NCBI GenBank assembly: GCA_030431975.1
Contig: JAUIHP010000007.1
Coordinates: 66,554 to 130,553, forward strand
DNA length: 64,000 bases
Direction of reading: 5' to 3'
Origin: a bacterium
Lineage (GTDB): Bacteria > Eisenbacteria > RBG-16-71-46 > CAIMUX01
Shown in pieces: positions 29,301 through 36,562 of this stretch. The notes beneath the pieces are model-generated. The model was not told the DNA's origin, made no database searches, and worked only from the letters and a program-made list of their open reading frames with translations. Within the stretch, counting starts at the first letter, position 1, and each line of letters begins with the position of its first letter. The position numbers were made by a program, and so were the translations under genes.

Positions 29301-30194
29301 GGCCGGTCCTCGCGTGACATGGGCGACGTGACGGACCAGGATCGGAACGTTGTCGCGTGACTGAATGACGGAGTCTTCGATGTCGCCGAGTTCACGAATG
29401 AAGCCGACGCCTCGAATGACGTACTCCGCCTGGTTCAGTTCGATCGTCCGTGCGCCGACGTCCAGGTTCGACATGCGAACCGCATTGAAGACGTCTTCCA
29501 GTCGCAGGTCGTAGGCGAGGAGCGCGTCCGGATCGACTTCGACCTGGTACTCCTGAACGAAACCACCGACCGAGGCCACTTCGCTGACTCCATCGGCGGC
29601 CATCAGCGCGTAGCGTACCTGCCAGTCCTGGATGCTCCGAAGTTCCTGCGGATCCCAACCGCCGGCGGGGCGACCGGATTCATCACGCCCTTCCAGTGTG
29701 TACCAGAAGACCTGGCCGAGCGCCGTTGCATCCGGACCGAGTGACGGCTGGACGCCGGGGGGAAGTGCATTCGGCGGCAGACTGTTCAACTTTTCGAGAA
29801 TGCGGGAGCGCGACCAGTAGAACTCGACATCTTCCTCGAAGATCACGTAGATGCTGGAGAAACCGAACATCGAGAAGCTGCGAACGGTCTTGACGCCTGG
29901 CATTCCGAGGAGAGACGCGGTCAGCGGATAGCTGATCTGATCTTCGACATCCTGCGGAGACCGGCCCGGCCAGCGCGTGAAGACGATCTGCTGGTTTTCT
30001 CCGATGTCCGGGATTGCATCGACAGCGACGGGATCACGCGGCAGTCCGCCCAGGTCCCAGTCGAAGGGGGCGACGCGAAGGCCCCAACCGACGAGAACCG
30101 CGACGAGGACGAGGACGACGACTCTCTGCCGGATGCAGGCATCGACCATGCGGTCGAGGAGTGAACTTGAAGTGTGGTTCGGTTCGGGTGTCAT
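26388..30194 (-). CDS. heavy-metal efflux RND permease (CzcA/CusA family, HME-RND), unusually long (1268 aa)
   Basis: Twelve-TM RND architecture with the ACR_tran blocks 'LVVVRHGENP', 'LSGIAIAIGTMVDMGIV' and 'ATATTLLALLPV'. An insertion of about 200 aa sits in the second periplasmic loop. Confidence 0.9.
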   Translation of the reverse strand: MTPEPNHTSSSLLDRMVDACIRQRVVVLVLVAVLVGWGLRVAPFDWDLGGLPRDPVAVDAIPDIGENQQIVFTRWPGRSPQDVEDQISYPLTASLLGMPGVKTVRSFSMFGFSSIYVIFEEDVEFYWSRSRILEKLNSLPPNALPPGVQPSLGPDATALGQVFWYTLEGRDESGRPAGGWDPQELRSIQDWQVRYALMAADGVSEVASVGGFVQEYQVEVDPDALLAYDLRLEDVFNAVRMSNLDVGARTIELNQAEYVIRGVGFIRELGDIEDSVIQSRDNVPILVRHVAHVTRGPALRRGVLDKGGAEAVGGVVVVRHGENPLAAIQSVKAKIEEIAAGLPSKTLDDGTTSKVTIVPFYDRTELIEETLGTLSHALSNEILITIVVVLVMVMHLRSSLLVSALLPLAVLMSFIAMKQFGVEANIVALSGIAIAIGTMVDMGIVVTENILRHLDRAGPKTRMFDVVSKATREVASAVLTATATTIVSFLPVFTMTGAEGKLFRPLAFTKTFALLAAVLIALFVIPAIAQILFRRRSAAPQAATAGWSGDLPGNLSRKFSGRWVNAVIAVIVLVLLSRFWEPLGPERGLIGNFAFVLVVIGSLLLALMALQRAYGPILEWALRNKGAFLAIPIAVMALGTWVWVGFDAFFGWLPTSVRTTPLVSTVAHAFPGLGKEFMPPLDEGSFLFMPTTMPHASIGEAYDVLRKQDMAIESIPEVRTAVGKIGRVDSALDPAPVSMIETVINYHPEYLEDAHGKRLRFRFDADAEETVRDLNGREVWAPDGQPYLARGAFERDANGELIPDSKGRPFRLWRPPLDPKLNPDRTAWEGIQDPDDIWDQILEVTRIPGTTSAPRLQPIAARIVMLQSGMRAPLGIQVRGPNQETIEAFGLELERELKKVPSVQANAVVADRIVGKPYLEIHIDRQAIARHGIHLAKVQDVIETAIGGKTVTRTVEGRARYDVRVRYPRELRDDIGSIERVLVAAPDGSQIPLRQLAEIRYVRGPQVIKSEDTFLLGYVIFDKKDGYAEVDVVEHARDYLASRIEDGHIVVPAGVSYEFTGSYKNQVRAQKTLAVILPLALALVFLILYLQFQSVTLTGLVFSGIAVSWAGGFLLLWLYGQGWFLDVPFFGVDLRQLFDIRPLNLSVAVWVGFIALFGIATDNGVIIGTYLDQTFRRAGPKSVDEIRKAALEAGRRRIRPCLMATATTLLALLPVLSSTGRGSDVMVPMAIPSFGGMVFVILTTFMVPVLYSLFAEMRFRNGGASGSR

Positions 30195-32089
30195 TTCGTA
30201 TCGCTCCGATCCCGGCTGTCGTCACCCATGGACTTGTCGGGAACGATGACGTCCGTCTCGGAACCGCATCGGTACATCTGAGAGCCCCAGTAGGGGTTCT
30301 CCGTGCCTTTTCGATTCTGCAACCAGTCCGCGCCGGCGCCGTCCCGGGCCATGGGGCAGTGGTAGACGAGAACCGGGCTTTCCGAGGAAGCACCGAAGGC
30401 ACGAACCGTCGAGATGACCAGATTCGACAGATCAAAGAACGCGTCGCGCGTCGAGACCAGATTGCCGCCTTTGGCGACGGCACGGCCCGCGTCTTCGATG
30501 GGCTTGCGGGCTTCCTCCCAGCGGCGGAGTCCGGCCGGATTCAGGGTGGATGGGTCGACTTTCCCGAGTGCCTCGGTGAAGCGGGTGGCCGCGGCTTGCG
30601 CTGTCTTTTCATCGTCGAGGCTCAAGGCCGTACTCACTTCGAAGTAGGAGTCGAGGATCGTTCCCAGTTGCGCACGAAACGCGTCGGTAACTTCAGCGAC
30701 CGGGACGACCTCCTCCGCAGCGGCCCCAGCCAAACCAACTCCGTTCGTTCCGGCCGAAGCGGTCTTGGTCCGTGGATTCTCGACGTCTGCCGAACCGTGC
30801 ATCGACGACGACTTGCCTCCACTTTGCCCGCCGGCGGTCGGGTTCATCATGCTGCGCTCGCCGCGGATCTGCAGCGCACTGTCGATCTTGAACGCACCGT
30901 TCGACACGACGCGCTCTCCCGGTTCCAGTCCGGATAGAACGACGAACTCGTCGCCGGTGCGCGGTCCGAGGACGACATCGCGTCCGTGGAATCGCCCGGG
31001 CTCGGTTGGGTCGGCAACGTAGACGACCGCGCGCTCACCTGTCAGCAGCGGTGCGGTCTTGGGAATCAACAAGGGGGCAGGGTCGGAATCCGTCGCTTCC
31101 AACCGGGCCAGTACCTGGCCTTGCGCCAACATTCCCGGCTTGAGCCGACCTTGCGGATTCGGCACGTCGATTCGAACCCGCGCCGTGCGCGTGCGGTCGT
31201 TCAGCACGGGGTCGATGAACGTGACCCGTCCCCGGAACGTTTCTCCGGGCAACGCCTGGGTGCGGAACTCGACTTCCTCACCCATTCGCAGCCAGGTCAG
31301 TTCCGATTCGTAGGCTTCGAGTTCGAGCCAAAGCCCCGAGAGGTCGGCGATCGTGTAGATGGGATCGCCCGTCTTGACGTAGCTGCCTTCGACAGCGGAA
31401 CGCTCCGTCACCGTTCCTGCGATCGGCGCGGCGATGCTTACCGTGTTGCGAGCCTGACCACTCTCCTCGACTCGCGCGATCTCGTTCTGCGGAAGGCCGA
31501 GGAGTCGAAGCCTTTCCCGCGCGGACTCGACGGCTCGTTCTCCTCCCAGAACACTGCGGGAACGCAGAGTCTGAAGAAACTCTTCCTGAGCGGAGTAGAG
31601 TTCCGGACTGAAAAGGTCGAAGAGCTTCTGTCCCTTGCGCACCTGCTGTCCGGTGTAGCTGACGTGAAGGCGCTCGATTCGTCCCGGGACCCATGCGGCG
31701 ACGCGCCGGATCGCGGTCTCGTCCGCTACGAGTTTTCCGAAGAGATCCAACTCCACCTCCGCGCGACCTTGTCGCACCGGTGTCGTCTCGATCTCGGCCA
31801 GTGCCTGGGCGGACGGCGAAAGCACCAGGCTGAAAGGGGCGCCGCCGTCATCGGCCCCTGTTTCCAGCGGTATCAGATCCATTCCGCAAAGCGGGCAACC
31901 GGTCGGTTCCGGCAGTTGAATCTGTGGGTGCATGGAGCAGGTCCAGGTCGTAACCGATGCCGCTTCGCCTTCGGTTGCCGTGGGAGCCTTGCCGCCGCCA
32001 CGCAGCGTGTATCCAAGTAGGAAGACGACGACGAGAGCGGCTGCCCATCCCATGCGCATCATCCAGGGATTGCGGTTGTTTTGGGTCAT
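30191..32089 (-). CDS. efflux RND periplasmic adaptor (CzcB/CusB family) with N- and C-terminal metal-binding motifs
   Basis: N-terminal 'WTCSMHPQIQLPEPTGCPLCGMDL' is an HMBD-type motif (Cys/His/Met). The biotinyl-lipoyl and beta-barrel adaptor core follows. The C-terminal 'YHCPMARDGAGADWLQ' resembles the DUF3347-like motif. Confidence 0.85.
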   Translation of the reverse strand: MTQNNRNPWMMRMGWAAALVVVFLLGYTLRGGGKAPTATEGEAASVTTWTCSMHPQIQLPEPTGCPLCGMDLIPLETGADDGGAPFSLVLSPSAQALAEIETTPVRQGRAEVELDLFGKLVADETAIRRVAAWVPGRIERLHVSYTGQQVRKGQKLFDLFSPELYSAQEEFLQTLRSRSVLGGERAVESARERLRLLGLPQNEIARVEESGQARNTVSIAAPIAGTVTERSAVEGSYVKTGDPIYTIADLSGLWLELEAYESELTWLRMGEEVEFRTQALPGETFRGRVTFIDPVLNDRTRTARVRIDVPNPQGRLKPGMLAQGQVLARLEATDSDPAPLLIPKTAPLLTGERAVVYVADPTEPGRFHGRDVVLGPRTGDEFVVLSGLEPGERVVSNGAFKIDSALQIRGERSMMNPTAGGQSGGKSSSMHGSADVENPRTKTASAGTNGVGLAGAAAEEVVPVAEVTDAFRAQLGTILDSYFEVSTALSLDDEKTAQAAATRFTEALGKVDPSTLNPAGLRRWEEARKPIEDAGRAVAKGGNLVSTRDAFFDLSNLVISTVRAFGASSESPVLVYHCPMARDGAGADWLQNRKGTENPYWGSQMYRCGSETDVIVPDKSMGDDSRDRSDTK

Positions 32090-33546
32090 CGTGATTCTCC
32101 TTCGCGACGCTCGTTGTCATTCGTCGCGCCTTCCGAAGTCCGCGCCGCCGCCGATGGGAGGTTCGAAGTCGGGTCACCTATGAGTTGATTCCATCGAGCG
32201 ATCGCGAGCCCCAGGTCGACGCGGGCCCGGTCGAGCGACAGTTCCAGATCCAGAAGACGGCGTTGTTCCTGGATGACGTCCGTGAACGAAGAACTCCCGG
32301 CAGCGAATTGTTGCGTGACGACCTCCAGGGACTGTCTGGCCAGGGGCAGAAGATCATCGTTATAAAGCTGCATTCGCCGGTCGGCATCCGAGAGCTCAAA
32401 GAGGACACGCTCCAATTCGGCTCGAAGTTCGTTTCGCGTTTCGACGAGATCGGATTCGGCGCCGGAGAGGCGGGCGTGCGCACGACCGCGATCCGCGTCA
32501 TTTCGGTCGAACCAGAGAGGCAGATCGATCATGGCCACGGCGACTGCGGCGTCCTTTCCCCGATCGGCAACGCCGGGCATTTCCGAGTCGGCGGTTTCGA
32601 TGTACTCGAAACCCAAGGTCAGGTCCGGGAAGGACATCTTCTCGGCCAAGGTTGACGCGGCTCGAGCTCGTTCACGGCGAGCCTCGGCGGCCTGGATCTT
32701 CGGATGACGATCGAGAAGTGCCTCGAAAGTGGGCGTTGTGCTGCCGGGAACAGCCGCCGCAGGGATGGTCTGCAGGGCCTTCGGCAGTGTGTCGGGCAAT
32801 CCGATAGGTGCGTCAGCGGGCCGGTCGAGTTTCGCATTGAGCGCGGCCGCGATCGGCTGCTGCTCCTGAGTCAGACGTGCGAGTCGGTCTTTCAGCGTGG
32901 CGAGTTCGAGCTGCGTTTGGATGAGGGACGAATGCTGCGCCGCTCCGGTTTCGTAGCGACGCTGGACCACTTCAGCCAGTGACCGCATGTACGTCGTGTT
33001 GTCCTCCACGGTTTGCAATGACCGTTGGAGATAGAAGAACTCCAGCCAAAGGCGAGTCGTGTCGTACAGCAGCTTGCGTCTCTCTGCCTCGTACTTCGCG
33101 CCCGACTCCTCCGCCACGGACGAAGCCATGCTTCCTCGAAGGCTCCGTTTCCCGAAGAGGGGGAAGCTCTGTGACAGAGAGAACTTCTGTCTTTGCGGTC
33201 CGACGCGAGTCTCGACCGACTCCAGGAAGTAGGCGTACCCGAGCTTCGGATTCGGGAGAGCCTTCGCGACGCCCACGCCCTCGAGATTGGCCGTCCACTG
33301 GTCGAACGCAGACTCGAGGGATGGATTCCTGGCCTCCGTCGATTGGAGAACGTCCTCGAGTTCCGGCGTCGTGGTGAGTGTCGCGCTCGATTCCGTGGCG
33401 CGAGTTCGCGCTTCCCGAACATTCTCCCAGTGAGCCGTGGCCCGTGTTTCGGCCGAGCCGGCGCAGCCGGATGCTACGGCGAACAGGACCGGCAGGAGGC
33501 ACACGTGCGCGTTGAGCCGTGAATCTTTCCACGTGAGTAGAGCCAT
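32086..33546 (-). CDS. TolC-family outer-membrane efflux lipoprotein (CzcC/CusC-like)
   Basis: The lipobox 'AVASGC' is followed by two OEP-type repeats rich in coiled coil. An ATGA overlap couples it to the adaptor gene. Confidence 0.85.
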   Translation of the reverse strand: MALLTWKDSRLNAHVCLLPVLFAVASGCAGSAETRATAHWENVREARTRATESSATLTTTPELEDVLQSTEARNPSLESAFDQWTANLEGVGVAKALPNPKLGYAYFLESVETRVGPQRQKFSLSQSFPLFGKRSLRGSMASSVAEESGAKYEAERRKLLYDTTRLWLEFFYLQRSLQTVEDNTTYMRSLAEVVQRRYETGAAQHSSLIQTQLELATLKDRLARLTQEQQPIAAALNAKLDRPADAPIGLPDTLPKALQTIPAAAVPGSTTPTFEALLDRHPKIQAAEARRERARAASTLAEKMSFPDLTLGFEYIETADSEMPGVADRGKDAAVAVAMIDLPLWFDRNDADRGRAHARLSGAESDLVETRNELRAELERVLFELSDADRRMQLYNDDLLPLARQSLEVVTQQFAAGSSSFTDVIQEQRRLLDLELSLDRARVDLGLAIARWNQLIGDPTSNLPSAAARTSEGATNDNERREGESR

Positions 33547-33561
33547 GAAACGGCACTCCCT

Positions 33562-33579
33562 GGACTCCCAGTGGAGTCC
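33562..33579. promoter_or_regulatory. perfect 7-bp inverted repeat (GGACTCC-cagt-GGAGTCC) followed by TTTTT, 16 nt upstream of the czcC-like start
   Basis: Read directly from the sequence. It could be an operator or a 5'-UTR hairpin for the minus-strand operon, or a terminator-like structure on the plus strand. Confidence 0.25.
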
Positions 33580-33781
33580 GGATTTTTCGTCCGAGCAGGG
33601 GTTAACCAGTTGCTCGTCGTTTCGCTGGAGCCGCGCCGTCAGCTACGCGAGAGGCCAAAAGCCCTCGAAGCGGTAGCACTCGTCAAAGTTGTAGTGTTTG
33701 TCGACGCGGAAACGGGGTCCGGGAAGTGCCTCGGCGATGACACCGTTGCACTACGACCCGATCGTCAGGGTAGGGAGGGGC

Positions 33782-34216
33782 TCAACAGAGGAAAGAGGAG
33801 TGCTGGACGTAGATCGGAGTGAGATCTATCGGAGGCGGCCGACTCGGCATTTGAAGAGGATGCCGACGAAGTTCGAGCTGGGGCTCGAAAGGTGCGATGC
33901 TTGTGACGACGGCGACGGGCGGATCGATCTGCTGAGTTCCCGCGGCCAGCCACTTCCCGGAAGCTTCTGCCGATTGTGAGCCGTGGTTGCAACAACACGG
34001 CATGCTCAGGGAGTTCTCGAGCTCGACCGTCGACAATGTGTTCTCTTTAGCCTGTTTGCAGCAGGACGGAACCTCTGGTTCGGGATCCTGGGAGCTACAG
34101 CAGGATTCCGCAGGCGCATGGGAGCACGAACATGCCTTGGCGAGCGGCACGGTCTGTGCGAAGAGCAGAAGGATCACGGTCAGGACCGCGAACGTTTGTC
34201 GGATTTGGCTTACCAT
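33782..34216 (-). CDS. secreted cysteine-rich small protein (10 Cys in ~116-aa mature chain), putative periplasmic metal-binding protein
   Basis: Signal peptide 'MVSQIRQTFAVLTVILLLFAQTVPLAKA' is followed by 'CSCSHAPAESCCSSQDPEPEVPSCCKQ...MPCCCNHGS'. The gene sits directly upstream of, and co-oriented with, the efflux operon. Confidence 0.5.
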   Translation of the reverse strand: MVSQIRQTFAVLTVILLLFAQTVPLAKACSCSHAPAESCCSSQDPEPEVPSCCKQAKENTLSTVELENSLSMPCCCNHGSQSAEASGKWLAAGTQQIDPPVAVVTSIAPFEPQLELRRHPLQMPSRPPPIDLTPIYVQHSSFLC

Positions 34217-34349
34217 GCTACCTAGAGTATCGGCAAACCGGGGCTGGTGGACAACACAAGTCTCAGAGCGCGGGCGGCAGCTACGCAGCTTCATGGAGAA
34301 CCTCGACCTGTTTGCAGATCAGGTGGGCCCACTGGAGGCGACTCGTCTT

Positions 34350-34652
34350 CTATTCACTCGGAAGGGGACCCCGCGCCGTATGGCGGACGCTCGTGACGAA
34401 GACTGCGTCGCCGCGGATCTCGTAGAGGATGCGGTAGTTCCGGCGGTAGAGAATCTCCCGGACCTCGTGGCCGAGCACGTTCGCATCCTGCATTGGCTTC
34501 CCCCGCGACGGATACTCAGCGAGTGACGCTATTGCGTCTCGCAGCCCAAGAGCCCACGGGATTGCGTGGACCTCGGTGCGCTCGGTCAGCCAGAGGAAGG
34601 CCTCTTCAATCTCGCGTTCCGCTTCGGCGGTCGTCTGAACTCTGAATCCCAT
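34350..34652 (-). CDS. type II toxin-antitoxin toxin, RelE/ParE family
   Basis: 'FRVQTTAEAEREIEEAFLWL...YRILYEIRGDAVFVTSVRHTAR' is a typical RelE/ParE fold signature. The start was chosen at M25. Confidence 0.7.
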   Translation of the reverse strand: MGFRVQTTAEAEREIEEAFLWLTERTEVHAIPWALGLRDAIASLAEYPSRGKPMQDANVLGHEVREILYRRNYRILYEIRGDAVFVTSVRHTARGPLPSE

Positions 34653-34926
34653 GCTTCTCGAATAGCTGGTCGAACGCCTCTTCGAATGGGCGCGTGCGTC
34701 CCGCTTCGACGTCATCGAGCCCACGGCGAACCGCGAGAAGCGTCTCCATGCGGTCAGCCAGGTCCCAGAGTCGCTGGAACTCGGCCGCTGTCAGGACCAC
34801 AAAGTCGGCCTTGCCGTTCTTCGTGAGCACGAGCGGCCGGCCGCTTTGCTGCATCCGTTCGAGGAAGCCTGGGATGTCCCGCTTGAACGCGGTCATCGAA
34901 TGAACGTCTTGAGTGAGATCTATCAT
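34606..34926 (-). CDS. type II toxin-antitoxin antitoxin, Phd/YefM family
   Basis: 'HSMTAFKRDIPGFLERMQQSGRPLVLTKNGKADFVVLTAAEFQRL' is Phd/YefM-like. It lies upstream of the toxin and overlaps it. Confidence 0.65.
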   Translation of the reverse strand: MIDLTQDVHSMTAFKRDIPGFLERMQQSGRPLVLTKNGKADFVVLTAAEFQRLWDLADRMETLLAVRRGLDDVEAGRTRPFEEAFDQLFEKHGIQSSDDRRSGTRD

Positions 34927-35176
34927 CGGTTTGCCCTTCGTCGGTACCCCTGAATCATCGGCACTCAACAGAGTCTCTTTAGGGACCTTATTAGAGCTTA
35001 TCACCGGAAATGCTGGTTCGGCAACAATCGCGACCCGGGGCCATCCCTACAACGCACGAACTGGCGAGGCTGGTTTGGGGAACGCGCTACGATTCGATTC
35101 CTTCAGAATCACGATGGCGTCGATCAGGTCGAGGCATTGGATGTCGAAGGGCGACGGGTCCACGCCCTTCGGCCCT

Positions 35177-36562
35177 CTACTCCTCCACCCTCGGCCGCGC
35201 ACTGTACTTCTCATACAGCCGCGTATGGCGACTCTCGAGCGAAATCTCCCGCCCCGCAATGAACGACCGCTTCACCTGCGTTTCAATCTCCAACGGATCT
35301 CCATCCGTCACGATGAGAGTCGCCTCTTTCCCGACGGAAAGGCTTCCCAGCCGGTCTCCCAATCCGAGAATCTCCGCCGGATACAGCGTGATCGATCGCA
35401 AGGCTTCGTCGTTCGGAAGTCCGTAGCTCCACGCCATCGCGGCGTGGTACGGAAGGTTCCTCTCATGCGCGGCCCCGCCTTCGGAGGCAATACAGAACTG
35501 CACTCCGGCCTCGTGCAGTCGTTGCGCGACGGTGTATTGATGGTCGTAGGGCTCGTAGTCCCGCCGCGGAAGTGCGAGCACGTCGGCGACGATGACGGCG
35601 ACGTCCTGTTCCACGAGTCGGTCGGCCAGTAGCGGAGCGTCGTGTCCTCCCAAGATGATGAGGTCGACGTCCTGATCGCGCGCCCAATCGAGCGCGCCCT
35701 GGATCTCGCGCACGCCTTGTGCGTGGACGATGACGGGGATGTCCTTTTCCAGCACGGGAATCATGGCTTCGAGATGTGCCTGTGGTTCAGCTCGCGGTAT
35801 GCCCCGGAGCCCGGCGGCGCCGCGGGCTCGGGCGTACGCGCGGGCATCGTCGAAGAGTTGCGTCAGCTCCGCCAATTCTTCGCGGCGAGCGGTTTCCTGC
35901 TCGGTGATCTTCTTTGACTCCGGCGATTGGCTGAGTCCGACGTTCGGCCAGTGAATGTGAAGACCGGCGGGCGCCTTGACCGTCATGTCTTCCCACGTCC
36001 AGCCGTCGAGACGAATGACCGCGGACAGACCGCTGACGCGACCGCCGCGGGGAACGGTCAGCGCAGTGTTGATTCCATTGGCGCGCGCGACGGGAATGAG
36101 TTCCGAGTCGGGATTGACCGCGATCTCCGCGCGAACGTTGGGATTTTACTTGCCGACTTCGGTGTGGTCGGTCGTCTGACGGATCGAACCGATCTCGACG
36201 AGTCCGAGAGCGGTGTAGGCCGAGAAGAGAGCCGGATAGAGGTGGTCTCCGCTCACATCGATGACCTCGGCCGCGCTCGGCACTCCGGTGTTCGCACCGC
36301 CGACGGCTTCGATGATCCCGTCGCGAACGATCAAGACTCCATCCTCGATGACCGATCCGTCCACGGGATGAATGGTCCCGCCGACGAAGGCTGTGACCGT
36401 TCCAGGGGGCTGCGGTGCGGCTGGAATCGGCACCTGAGCCTGGGCGTTCCCCACGAGTGCACACAATAGGCCGACCAAACCAGCCAAGCCCGGGCCGGAC
36501 AGAACGTTCATCGCCGACATGAAGAATCCCGCTTTGCAGGGTCGTTTCTGAATCGACTCCAT
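35177..36562 (-). pseudogene. periplasmic amidohydrolase-family gene interrupted by a single in-frame TAA (at 36146-36148)
   Basis: ORFs 36146..36562 (signal peptide plus amidohydrolase N-terminus) and 35177..~36145 are in the same frame. Translation through the stop reads '...[41 protein letters not shown]...'. Confidence 0.6.

Noticed and set aside
30986-32020. 344-aa plus-strand ORF opposite the adaptor gene
   Set aside because: It is antisense to a gene with adaptor-family and metal-binding motifs.
33987-34526. 179-aa plus-strand ORF overlapping the Cys-rich protein gene
   Set aside because: The minus-strand frame has a textbook signal peptide and an operon context. The plus frame has no features, although the choice between them is not certain.
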